NCBI GenBank assembly: GCA_964426555.1
Contig: CAYRQJ010000005.1
Coordinates: forward strand, 5,901 to 69,900
Reading direction: 5' to 3'
Length of the DNA: 64,000 nucleotides
Source: an uncultured Candidatus Saccharibacteria bacterium
GTDB lineage: Bacteria; Patescibacteriota; Minisyncoccia; Phycocordibacterales; UBA9973
Shown: piece after piece, positions 29,536-38,905 of the stretch
Numbering within the stretch: the first letter of the stretch is position 1
How the letters are laid out: every line of letters begins with the position of its first letter
Notes under the pieces: generated by a model
The model's database searches: none
What the model was told of the DNA's origin: nothing
The model's input: only the letters and a program-made list of their open reading frames with translations
Translations under genes and position numbers: made by a program

Positions 29536-30285
29536 ATGAAATTAGAAGACATTATACTTTTTGAAGACGAGGATATTATTCTTATAAACAAGCCTGCAGG
29601 TCTAACTGTACATCCAGATGGCAAGGCTGAATTTGAGACTTTGTCTGAAATGATATTGTCAGAAAGAAAAGACATGAAAAATGTCGGGGAACCCATTATA
29701 ACAGCTGATGGGGATGTAATAATGCGCCCTGGTATTGTCCACAGGCTTGATAGAGACACTACAGGTGTAATGGTTATAGCTAAGACCAACGACGCATATG
29801 AAAGCCTTAAAGAGCAATTTAAAGACCATAAGGTAAAGAAGAATTATCGAGCATTAGTAGTAGGTAGTTTCCGTAGTCCTCGTGGTGTAATCAAAGAACA
29901 AATTGGTAGATCAAATCAAGACATTCGTAAATGGGCTGCTGGTGTGCACGCTCGTGGTGAAAAAAGAGATGCATTGACTCGCTATATGGTAAAGCGATCT
30001 GGTAAAGTTAACGATGCATCAGGGGTTGCTCAAACTATTTCTTATATTGATGTATTTCCGGAAACTGGTCGTACTCATCAAATTCGTGTACATATGCAGT
30101 ATATTCAGCACCCAATTATTGGTGACGAGCTTTATGCATATTATGTTCCAAAATTTAGCGGAGTAAATCGCCAAATGCTTCATGCTTATTCAATTACTTT
30201 TACTCACCCAAAGACAAACAAAAAAGTTAGTTATATTGCTCCATTGCCAGTAGATTTAGAAAACGTTGTTAATTCAATGGAATAA
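29536..30285 (+). CDS. RluA-family pseudouridine synthase
   Basis: HRLDRDTTGVMVIAKT catalytic-Asp motif. The ORF track starts earlier, at 29392, overlapping the nrdB terminator. Confidence 0.8.
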   Translation: MKLEDIILFEDEDIILINKPAGLTVHPDGKAEFETLSEMILSERKDMKNVGEPIITADGDVIMRPGIVHRLDRDTTGVMVIAKTNDAYESLKEQFKDHKVKKNYRALVVGSFRSPRGVIKEQIGRSNQDIRKWAAGVHARGEKRDALTRYMVKRSGKVNDASGVAQTISYIDVFPETGRTHQIRVHMQYIQHPIIGDELYAYYVPKFSGVNRQMLHAYSITFTHPKTNKKVSYIAPLPVDLENVVNSME

Positions 30286-30287
30286 TT

Positions 30288-30992
30288 ATGGCAAAAAAAA
30301 CCAAAGGTAAATTTATTGTTATTGATGGTACTGATGGGTCAGGTAAAGCAACTCAGGTAGAATTTTTATTAAAGAGACTTAAAAAAGAAGGCTACAATAT
30401 AAAAACTGTAGATTTTCCAGAATATTACAAAAACTTTTTTGGTGAATTTATTGGGCATTGTTTAGCGGAGCAATATTATAATTGGGTCAAAGTTCACCCA
30501 AAAATTGCATCTGTAATTTACGCAGCAGACAGATGGGAATCCAGCCAGCAAATAAAAGATTGGTTAGATAAAGGATATGTTGTGGTTGCAAATCGTTATG
30601 TTTCTTCAAACCAAATTCACCAAGGTGGTAAAATAACCGATCCTAAAAAAAGAAAAGATTTTTTAAAATGGTTAGACACAATGGAATACGAAGTTTTTAA
30701 AATTCCGCGTCCTGATATTGTATTTTATCTAGAAGTACCAATAAAAGTAACTCAAAAATTAATGGTTGAAAGAGACCAAAAACATGCTCGTCAATATTTA
30801 AAAAAGAAAGGGGATGTTCATGAGAATGATCCAGTATTTCTAGAAAATTCTCGTAAGTCAGCATTGAAATTAATCAAAGAACTAAATAATTTTATAAAAA
30901 TTTCTTGTGTTCGCGGTATGAATATGCGCACCCGTGAAGATATTCACGAAGATGTGTACACCGAAGTAAAAAAAGTAATTACTAAAAAATAA
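30288..30992 (+). CDS. tmk: Thymidylate kinase family (dTMP/dNMP kinase)
   Basis: P-loop IDGTDGSGKAT and DRY-like NRY motif. Confidence 0.7.
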   Translation: MAKKTKGKFIVIDGTDGSGKATQVEFLLKRLKKEGYNIKTVDFPEYYKNFFGEFIGHCLAEQYYNWVKVHPKIASVIYAADRWESSQQIKDWLDKGYVVVANRYVSSNQIHQGGKITDPKKRKDFLKWLDTMEYEVFKIPRPDIVFYLEVPIKVTQKLMVERDQKHARQYLKKKGDVHENDPVFLENSRKSALKLIKELNNFIKISCVRGMNMRTREDIHEDVYTEVKKVITKK

Positions 30993-31015
30993 ACCCACAA
31001 TTGTGGGTTTATTTT
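30991..31015. terminator. Bidirectional terminator (palindrome AACCCACAATTGTGGGTT + T-run)
   Basis: Perfect palindrome at 30992-31009. Confidence 0.7.
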
Positions 31016-31016
31016 T

Positions 31017-31535
31017 CTACATTACCAAGTTATAAATAAATTTTACTATTGGGTCTATGTCTGGGCCGTAGACTATTGCAGCGCCCAGTGCACCAGTGAT
31101 GGTTACTGCGATGAAGCCAAATATTATAGACAATATTATAATAAATCTATTGTTTAAAATATAGTTTGCAATTTTTTGTTTTAAAATCCAAATTTTATTT
31201 ATTATACTTTCAGGTTTGAAATTAAATACATTATTTACTGAAAGAATTTTTATTAAATACAGTACTGCAATTACTCCAAATACTGCATTTGTAGTTCCAG
31301 CCCAAAAACTGTGTGTTTCGATTAGATTATGTAGATCAGGAAAATTGTCTTCAATTGCTTCACCAGAGCTTGCCGCAAGTAGGCCGCCGATAAATCCGGC
31401 AATTACTAAAATTGCTTTTGTATTTAATAGCCAAATTTTATCTGATAATTTTTTTTTACTAATTAATTCTAAAAAAGAATACAAAACTAAAAATGCAATA
31501 GGGAAATGTACTAAAAGTGGGTGTATATTTGTCAT
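31017..31535 (-). CDS. Hypothetical membrane protein (DUF2231-like HPxxVHFPIA N-terminus)
   Basis: 172-aa ORF with 4-5 TM helices. Confidence 0.45.
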   Translation of the reverse strand: MTNIHPLLVHFPIAFLVLYSFLELISKKKLSDKIWLLNTKAILVIAGFIGGLLAASSGEAIEDNFPDLHNLIETHSFWAGTTNAVFGVIAVLYLIKILSVNNVFNFKPESIINKIWILKQKIANYILNNRFIIILSIIFGFIAVTITGALGAAIVYGPDIDPIVKFIYNLVM

Positions 31536-31574
31536 GCTTTAATTTTACTCTTGTTTAATATAGAATACAAATAC

Positions 31575-31997
31575 ATGCAAATAAAAGTTAAAAAACTAAA
31601 AGAAAATGCAAAACTGCCAACTTATGCTCATCCAGGCGATGTAGGAATGGACATGTATGCTATGGAAACAGTTACTATACCGCCAATGGGCCAGCATCGT
31701 TTTTTCCACGGATTTGCTTTAGAATTTCCAATTGGTTATGGAGCTTTTGTTATGGACAAAAGCAGTATTTCTAAAGCCGGCCTGCAAACTATGGGTGGAG
31801 TCTTTGATGCTGGATATCGTGGTGAATATAATACGCATTTAATTAATCTTTCAAGTGAATCTTATACCGTAGAAATTGGTGACAAAGTAGGGCAACTTGT
31901 TATTGTTCCAGTTAATATTGCTGAGCTTGAAGTAGTAGAAGAATTAACTGATAGTTCTCGTGGAATGGGAGCATTTGGTAGTACTGGTAAAAAATAA
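31575..31997 (+). CDS. dut: dUTP diphosphatase (trimeric dUTPase)
   Basis: Motif 3 GVFDAGYRGE and motif 5 RGMGAFGSTG. The ORF-track start at 31521 overlaps the upstream gene. Confidence 0.85.
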   Translation: MQIKVKKLKENAKLPTYAHPGDVGMDMYAMETVTIPPMGQHRFFHGFALEFPIGYGAFVMDKSSISKAGLQTMGGVFDAGYRGEYNTHLINLSSESYTVEIGDKVGQLVIVPVNIAELEVVEELTDSSRGMGAFGSTGKK

Positions 31998-32020
31998 AAT
32001 ATAAAACAAAAAGCAGCCAG

Positions 32021-32251
32021 TTATTCTCCAGCTGCTTTTTGTTTATTCTTATCGTCGTCAGTTTTTTGATTTTCTTTTTCTACTTCTTTTTCCGTACTTT
32101 GTTGCTTCTTTTTATCGTCTTCATTATTTTCTTCGTTTGGTTCTGTTACGGGATCGTCAGTTTTTTCAGGTGCTTTTTCTTTACCTTTACCACCATCTGC
32201 TACTATTGCAGTACTTGGCATTTCAATTTTTTTCATTAATTCTCTGAACAT
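32021..32251 (-). CDS. Hypothetical Lys/Glu/Asp-rich low-complexity protein
   Basis: 76-aa ORF between terminator-like hairpins. Low complexity, weak support. Confidence 0.3.
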   Translation of the reverse strand: MFRELMKKIEMPSTAIVADGGKGKEKAPEKTDDPVTEPNEENNEDDKKKQQSTEKEVEKENQKTDDDKNKQKAAGE

Positions 32252-32307
32252 TTTATTATTATTAGCTTATTTACATATATTGTCAAATAGGGTAATATAT
32301 AAATATA

Positions 32308-32475
32308 AGCGCTTGAGAGGTTATCAGCCTTTAGCTTTGGGAAGAAACCCTAAACATTAAATTTAGTGTTCGGGCTAGTAGAACCCAGTAAATGAGAAGT
32401 AATTAAGGTGGTACCACGAGTGAAGCTCGTCCTTATATAACAATTAATTTTGTTGTATGTGGACGAGTTTTTTTA
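32308..32475 (+). promoter_or_regulatory. T-box riboswitch leader, Ile-specific (specifier AUC), upstream of ileS
   Basis: Stem I with GAGAGG; specifier loop ttATCa (32323-32325). T-box sequence AATTAAGGTGGTACCACGAG at 32401-32420. Terminator GAAGCTCGTCC...GGACGAG + T7 at 32422-32474. Confidence 0.75.
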
Positions 32476-32489
32476 GTTAATTAAATTTT

Positions 32490-35400
32490 ATGGAAGAAGA
32501 AAAAAAGATAAAAACAAATAACGAACACGAATTGGACGTAATAGAATTTTGGAAGAAAAACCAAATTTTTGAAAAGTCTTTAGAGAAAGATTCACCAAAT
32601 GGAGAATTTGTGTTTTATGATGGCCCTCCTACAGCTAACGGTCGTCCGGGAATTCACCATCTTGAAGCTCGAGCTTTTAAAGATGCAATTCCACGATATA
32701 AAACTATGCAAGGATACCACGTTCGTCGTAAAGGTGGATGGGACACACATGGACTACCTGTAGAACTTCAAGTTGAAAAAGCATTAGGTTTAACAAACAA
32801 AAAACAAATCGAAGAATACGGAATTGCTAAGTTTAATCAAGAATGTAAACAAAGTGTTTGGACTTATATTGATGAATGGGAAAAATTTACTGACCGTATT
32901 GGTTATTGGGTAGACCATAAAAATCCGTACGTTACATATCATAATAGCTATATTGAATCTCTGTGGGATGTAGTAAAAGAAATAAATAAAAAAGATATAT
33001 TATATAAAGATGATCGTATTGTGCCATGGTGTTCACGTTGTGGAACTGCACTGTCTTCTCACGAATTAGCCCAAGGTTATAAAGACGTAAAAGATCTTTC
33101 AGTTACCGCTAAATTTAAAGTAGTAGGGGTTGATAATACTTTTATACTGGCTTGGACTACAACACCTTGGACACTGCCGGGGAATGTTGCACTGGCAGTA
33201 AACGAAAAATTAACTTACGTAAAAATACAAGCAGGGGAAGAGCGATTTATTTTAGGTAAAGATAGGCTGTCTATTATTCAGGGTGAATTTAATATAATCG
33301 AAGAATTTACAGGAGATAAATTAATTGGTTTAGAATACGAGCCTTTGTATTCTTATTTTGCTGAACAATTTAAAGTTCAACAAAAATTAAATCCAACTAC
33401 TAACATGGGTGATATAGAAAAAGCATACCGCGTTTATGCTGCTGACTTTGTAACTGCAAATGATGGTACAGGTATTGTACATACTGCTGTAATGTATGGT
33501 CAAGATGACTTTGTATTGGGTACAAAACTAGGTTTGCCAAAATATCATTTAGTAAATTTAGATGGGACATTTAAAGATGGAATGGATTTTTTGTCTAACA
33601 GATTAGTAAAATCTATAGCAGAAAATGGCGAAGATACTGTTGCCATAGATATAATTAAAGATTTAGCACACAAAGGTCTTTTATTTAAAAAAGAAAAATA
33701 CGAACACAGTTATCCGCATTGTTGGCGCTGCCAAACACCACTTATATATTACGCTCGAGATTCTTGGTATATCCGTATGAGTGATTTACGTGAAGATTTA
33801 ATAATGAATAACAATTTTATTAACTGGGAACCAAAACACGTTTCTCAGGGTAGATTTGGTGAATGGATTAGTGAAGTAAAAGATTGGGCAATATCTCGCG
33901 AAAGATATTGGGGGACACCACTACCAATTTGGGAAGATACAAATGGAGTTCGTCATATTTTTACTAATAAAGCAGAATTAATAAAAAGTTCTAAAAATTC
34001 TGGTAATAATTATACAATGATTCGTCATGGTGAAGCACAAAGTAATTTAACTAAAACTTGTAGTTTTGCTAATGGAAATATTATTGATTTAACAGAGACA
34101 GGGGTAGAACAAATAAAGACTGCAGCCAGTGAATTAAAAGATAAAAAATTTGATTTAATTTATACTTCACCATTTCTTCGGACTCGTCATACTGCAGAAA
34201 TTATTGCAGATCAGCTGGGTATTCCACATGTAAATATTATTACAGATGATCGATTAGTAGATTTGAATACTGGAATTTTTGAAGGCAAAACTTGGCCAGA
34301 ATATTTTGATTTCTTTTCTGATAAAGATCGCTACAATGTTCCATCTCCTGGTGGAGAAAGTGTTCTAGATGTTAAAAGAAGAATTGGAGATTTTGTTTAT
34401 GAAATTGAAAAAAATACAAACGGTAAAAATATTTTAATTGTAGCTCATGGGATTAGTCTTTGGATGCTTGAATGTGTAGCAAAGGGGGCAGATATTCCAG
34501 GAATGAAAAAAATTCGTGAAGATTTAAATCATGATATTCACCAAGATTCACTTCCAAATGGTGCACATAAAGAATTAAATTTTGTACCAATGCCACATAA
34601 CCTTGATTATGAATATGACCTGCATCGTCCTTTTATTGATGAATTTCCAGTATTTAACGAAGCTGGAGAAAAGCTTACAAGAGTCAGCGAAGTAATGGAT
34701 GTCTGGTTTGACTCTGGGGCTATGCCATACGCACAAGATGGTTATCCAAATTTAACTGATAATATTCATTTCCCAGCAGATTATATTTGTGAAGGTATGG
34801 ACCAAACTCGTGGATGGTTTTATACTCTGCACGCTGTTTCGGCGTTACTTGGGCGTGGTCCAGCTTATAAAAATGTAATATGTCTGGGGCTTATTTTAGA
34901 TAAAGAAGGTCAAAAAATGAGTAAATCTCGTGGCAATGTTACATCACCTTGGGAGATGTGTGAAAAATACGGAGCAGATGCATTACGTTTTTGGATGTAT
35001 TCAGTAAATCAACCAGGAGACAGTAAAAATTTTGATGAAAAAACAGTTGATGAGGTTGTAAAAAAAGTTTTTAATCTTATCCGTAATGTTTATGCATTTT
35101 ATGATTTATACCGAAATCGAGATAGTGAGAAAACTTATGAAGAAAATACATTATCTAAAAACGTATTAGATAAATGGATATTAGCAAAGTTAAGTAATTT
35201 AATTACAAACACTACAAATTCATTGGATGCTTATTCATTGCTTAACCCCACTCGCGACATAAGAAGTTTTATTGATGATTTGTCTACTTGGTATTTGAGA
35301 CGCAGTCGTGACCGTATGCGTGAACTTGACCCACAGGCACTGCAAACAATTTATATTGTTTTAAAAAATTTAGCGAAATTAATTGCACCTTTTGCTCCAT

Positions 35401-35966
35401 TTATTGCAGAAGAATTATGGCTTGATTTAAAAAATGAAAAAGATGAACAAAGCGTTCATCTATCAAATTGGCCCAAATCCATAAACATTCCAGAAAACGA
35501 AATGTTATTAGAATCAATGGAGATGGTTCGTGATTTATGTACAGGGGGTCATGCTTTGCGTAAGTCAGTAAATATTCCTGTACGGCAGCCACTACTTTCA
35601 TTTACTATCGATAAAGAAATAGATGAAGAATTGCAAGATTTAATTCGTGAAGAATTAAACGTAAGAAATATTGTAATTTCAAATAAAATAGCATTAAATA
35701 CTGAAATTACAGATGAACTAAAAGACGAAGGTAATTTTAGAGAATTTGTTCGTTTTCTTCAGGATAATCGAAAATCTCAAGGGCTTAACGCTGGGCAAGT
35801 TGTTGATATAAAAATAAAATCAAATCATGATGCTTTTGAATTTATAAATCGTTGGCAAGAACAAATTAAAAAAGAGGTTTCTATTAATGAAATAATCACA
35901 GATAATTCTTTGAATAGTGAAATATTAAAAATAGAAAACATGGAATTTGCTATAATGTTCGTATGA
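32490..35966 (+). CDS. ileS: Isoleucyl-tRNA synthetase with a nested histidine-phosphatase (phosphoglycerate-mutase-like) domain
   Basis: IleRS CP1 motif TTPWTLPGN and KMSKS. An insert at ~34017-34545 carries RHGEAQSN, SPFLRTRHTAE and ILIVAHGIS (branch-1 histidine phosphatase motifs), placed between the PIW and DLHRPFID segments. Confidence 0.9.
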   Translation: MEEEKKIKTNNEHELDVIEFWKKNQIFEKSLEKDSPNGEFVFYDGPPTANGRPGIHHLEARAFKDAIPRYKTMQGYHVRRKGGWDTHGLPVELQVEKALGLTNKKQIEEYGIAKFNQECKQSVWTYIDEWEKFTDRIGYWVDHKNPYVTYHNSYIESLWDVVKEINKKDILYKDDRIVPWCSRCGTALSSHELAQGYKDVKDLSVTAKFKVVGVDNTFILAWTTTPWTLPGNVALAVNEKLTYVKIQAGEERFILGKDRLSIIQGEFNIIEEFTGDKLIGLEYEPLYSYFAEQFKVQQKLNPTTNMGDIEKAYRVYAADFVTANDGTGIVHTAVMYGQDDFVLGTKLGLPKYHLVNLDGTFKDGMDFLSNRLVKSIAENGEDTVAIDIIKDLAHKGLLFKKEKYEHSYPHCWRCQTPLIYYARDSWYIRMSDLREDLIMNNNFINWEPKHVSQGRFGEWISEVKDWAISRERYWGTPLPIWEDTNGVRHIFTNKAELIKSSKNSGNNYTMIRHGEAQSNLTKTCSFANGNIIDLTETGVEQIKTAASELKDKKFDLIYTSPFLRTRHTAEIIADQLGIPHVNIITDDRLVDLNTGIFEGKTWPEYFDFFSDKDRYNVPSPGGESVLDVKRRIGDFVYEIEKNTNGKNILIVAHGISLWMLECVAKGADIPGMKKIREDLNHDIHQDSLPNGAHKELNFVPMPHNLDYEYDLHRPFIDEFPVFNEAGEKLTRVSEVMDVWFDSGAMPYAQDGYPNLTDNIHFPADYICEGMDQTRGWFYTLHAVSALLGRGPAYKNVICLGLILDKEGQKMSKSRGNVTSPWEMCEKYGADALRFWMYSVNQPGDSKNFDEKTVDEVVKKVFNLIRNVYAFYDLYRNRDSEKTYEENTLSKNVLDKWILAKLSNLITNTTNSLDAYSLLNPTRDIRSFIDDLSTWYLRRSRDRMRELDPQALQTIYIVLKNLAKLIAPFAPFIAEELWLDLKNEKDEQSVHLSNWPKSINIPENEMLLESMEMVRDLCTGGHALRKSVNIPVRQPLLSFTIDKEIDEELQDLIREELNVRNIVISNKIALNTEITDELKDEGNFREFVRFLQDNRKSQGLNAGQVVDIKIKSNHDAFEFINRWQEQIKKEVSINEIITDNSLNSEILKIENMEFAIMFV

Positions 35967-36412
35967 CATCATTTTTCCTAACATTTGCTAGATTTTTTAG
36001 AGCATTAAAAAGAAGCGTTAAAGATTCTGAATTTAGAAAATTATTTTTAGTTGTGCTTGCATTACTTTTTTCTGGGATGCTTTTTTATCACCTTGTAGAA
36101 GGCTGGAGATTAATTGATGCTCTTTATTTTAGCGTTACAACACTAACAACGGTTGGAACAAATTTTGTTCCACAGCACGATGTAAGTAAAATATTTACCA
36201 TGGTTTATTTAATTGTGGGTATTGGAGTAATGCTTTCTTTTATTACCCACGTTGCAGAACAAGCTAGAAAAGAAGCGTCTGTTTCCAAAGCTATTGCAAT
36301 AGAATCCTATGAACAAACTAAAAAAATAATAAATTCAATGAGTAATATGTTTGAACCCAAGGAAGAAAATGAAACAAAAAAAGAAATAAAAAATCTAAAT
36401 AAAGAATTATAA
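35963..36412 (+). CDS. Two-TM ion channel, K+-channel-like pore (filter TTVGTN)
   Basis: TM1, pore helix FSVTTLTTVGTN, TM2. TGcTATAAT promoter at 35947-35956 lies inside the ileS 3' end. Confidence 0.55.
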   Translation: MTSFFLTFARFFRALKRSVKDSEFRKLFLVVLALLFSGMLFYHLVEGWRLIDALYFSVTTLTTVGTNFVPQHDVSKIFTMVYLIVGIGVMLSFITHVAEQARKEASVSKAIAIESYEQTKKIINSMSNMFEPKEENETKKEIKNLNKEL

Positions 36413-36417
36413 TATCT

Positions 36418-36969
36418 ATGGCATATGATGTTTATTCACTAACCGGGTTTGTTGTTGATGTTCGAGATCATAAGGAATTCGACAAGGTTTTTACATTTTT
36501 TTCCAAAGAGCAAGGGTTTGTTGATATTTATGCTACATCTATTTCAAAACCAGAATCAAAGTTAAGATCTTTTATTGTTAGATATTGTTATTTAGATATA
36601 GAAATAGTTCACGGTAAAACTGGGTATCGGCTAATTCGTGCAAGAAGTAATGAAAATGGTTTTTTGGTTCACAAAAAAGAAGCATATTTTTTATTAAACA
36701 AATTTTGTAATTTATTAAAAAATTTAATACCTAAAAATGTACCGGACAGTTTGGCTTTTATGGTTCTTGTTAGTTTAACAAATCATATTTTAAATAATGT
36801 AATTACAAGCTCAGACGTGGAAAAAATATTTTTAATAAAAGCTCTAGAGCTTTTTAGCGCCATGGGCTATAGAGAAAAAGATAAATCTCTTGAGAATATT
36901 TCTGTATTTGAAATGAAGACTGAATACGAAAGCATTTTAGATGAAAATGGTTTAACAAATATGATATAA
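36418..36969 (+). CDS. RecO-like DNA repair protein (short, N-terminal OB domain)
   Basis: FVVDVRDHKEFDKVFTFFSKEQGFVDIYA...KLRSFIVRYCYLDIEIV resembles the RecO N-terminal OB fold. Confidence 0.5.
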   Translation: MAYDVYSLTGFVVDVRDHKEFDKVFTFFSKEQGFVDIYATSISKPESKLRSFIVRYCYLDIEIVHGKTGYRLIRARSNENGFLVHKKEAYFLLNKFCNLLKNLIPKNVPDSLAFMVLVSLTNHILNNVITSSDVEKIFLIKALELFSAMGYREKDKSLENISVFEMKTEYESILDENGLTNMI

Positions 36970-36977
36970 TTGTATTT

Positions 36978-38870
36978 ATGGAATACGGGGGAGACAAAGA
37001 ATCAAATTTTATAAACGACAAAGAAACAAATCTTTATAGTACTTCTCGTGGGTCAGGTAACCCTGTTACTCATGAATTATCTGGAACAGCATTCAGGGTT
37101 CGTCAAAAAATTGATGATACTATTTTAGTTGATAAAAAAAATCCAAAAACTCGTGGAGGTTTAGCAAAAAAATTTTTCTTAATCTCATTTCTTATTCTTT
37201 GTATTGCTACTTTCTATGCTGGGTATAAATTATTTTTTTCAGAATCCAGAGAAGATTTTATTTCAAGACATATTGATGTAGTTATGGAAACCGCGCCATT
37301 TACTCGCGGGGGTGAACCTTTGAATTTAAATATATCTGTTACCAATAAAAACAATGTAGCGCTTCAAAATGTAAGTGTTGAAATAGAATATCCTCGGGGG
37401 AGCGAAGCTGTTACCCGGGATGATTTTGAAAGACAAACAGTAGAATTGGGGAATATTAATCCTGGCCAAAAGATAGAAAAGAATGTTACTTTAATTTTAT
37501 ATGGTGAACAAGGTAGTTATAAAGATTTAAAAGCAAATCTTGAATATTCTATTCCTGATTCTTCTTTGTCTTATAATAAAATTAGTAAAGCTGGAATAAC
37601 TATTAGTTCTTCTCCAATAATAATGGAAATTGATGCACCAAAAGATATTGCACCAAGCCAGCTTTATACAATGAGAATTAGAATAACTCAAAACACAAAA
37701 GCTTTACCAAACAATGCGTTGTTTACTATTGTTTTTCCTAGAGACTTTACTGTAGAAACTTTTTCACGTAAACCAGACTATGGTGTTGGAACGTGGCTTT
37801 TAAAATCAGTTAAAGAAGGTGATTATGAAGATATTATAATAAATGGAAGATTTAATTCTCAAGAAGGGGACGAGAGATCTTTTAAATTTTTATCCGGAGT
37901 TCCCGAGAGCGCTGACAAAAATGAAATCAAAACAAGCTATGTTAGTAAAACCCATGTAGTAACTGTAGCTAAACCATTACTTGATGCTTATATTGTTTTA
38001 GGTGAAGAAAAAGGTAAAACCATTGCTGTTGATCCTGATTCTTATGTAACAGGAACTTTGATATATCGTAATCGTTCTAATACTGCGGTTAAGGATCCAA
38101 AATTTAGAATAAAATTAACTGGTTCAGCGTTGGAAGAAGCTTCAATTTCTCCAATAGAAGGTTTTTATGATTCAAATACAAAAGAAATTTTTTGGGATAA
38201 AAATACTCTTCCTGCGTTAAACAATATTCCTGCGGGTCAAGAAGGGCGACTAACTTTTTCTTTCCGTGTTCTACCAAGATCAGTAAATGGGCCATCTTTT
38301 GTAAAAGAACCAATTGTAAATCTGGCACTTTCTTATTCAGGAGTTCGTGATGATGAAAGCCAAACATTTCAAAGTCTTGAAAATATTGAAAATGCTAGTG
38401 TTAGAGTATCTACTGAATTAAAAATTTCAGCTGATGTTATTCATGCTACTGGGGCTTTACCACCAAAAGCTGGAAGTGAGACAACATATCAAATTACATT
38501 AACGCTTACAAATACTCATAATGATGTTACCGGTGCAAAATTAATTTCTAAAATTCCATTTTATATGAAATGGGTTGGCAAGGTTAGTAAAAACGAAAAA
38601 ATTTCTTACAACCCAGATACTAGAGAAGTTATTTGGAATTTAGGTGATATAAAAAGCGGTAGTGGAACATCAGCTAATGAACGTAAAGGTGTATTTCAAG
38701 TTTCAATTATTCCATCTATCTCTCAAGCAGAATCTGCTCCAGAAATATTACAAAATATTCGTTTTTCAGGAACTGATTTGTTTTCAAATAAAGATGTAAA
38801 AGCAATATACCCAAATCTTACAACTAGAATTAGTAATGGTACAGACCAAGATGGTCTTGTAACCCAATAA
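36978..38870 (+). CDS. Hypothetical membrane-anchored protein with large beta-rich extracytoplasmic region
   Basis: N-terminal cytoplasmic segment, one TM, ~540-aa exported part. No recognisable domain. Confidence 0.5.
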   Translation: MEYGGDKESNFINDKETNLYSTSRGSGNPVTHELSGTAFRVRQKIDDTILVDKKNPKTRGGLAKKFFLISFLILCIATFYAGYKLFFSESREDFISRHIDVVMETAPFTRGGEPLNLNISVTNKNNVALQNVSVEIEYPRGSEAVTRDDFERQTVELGNINPGQKIEKNVTLILYGEQGSYKDLKANLEYSIPDSSLSYNKISKAGITISSSPIIMEIDAPKDIAPSQLYTMRIRITQNTKALPNNALFTIVFPRDFTVETFSRKPDYGVGTWLLKSVKEGDYEDIIINGRFNSQEGDERSFKFLSGVPESADKNEIKTSYVSKTHVVTVAKPLLDAYIVLGEEKGKTIAVDPDSYVTGTLIYRNRSNTAVKDPKFRIKLTGSALEEASISPIEGFYDSNTKEIFWDKNTLPALNNIPAGQEGRLTFSFRVLPRSVNGPSFVKEPIVNLALSYSGVRDDESQTFQSLENIENASVRVSTELKISADVIHATGALPPKAGSETTYQITLTLTNTHNDVTGAKLISKIPFYMKWVGKVSKNEKISYNPDTREVIWNLGDIKSGSGTSANERKGVFQVSIIPSISQAESAPEILQNIRFSGTDLFSNKDVKAIYPNLTTRISNGTDQDGLVTQ

Positions 38871-38905
38871 TTAACCTGTTGGTTAAATTATGCTAGAATA
38901 AAAAA

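Noticed and set aside
36408-36420. Leaderless-type promoter call for recO-like gene (TATAAT at 36408-36413)
   Set aside because: The spacer to the ATG is only 4 nt, and the box overlaps the upstream gene's stop codon. The gene is more likely co-transcribed with the channel gene.
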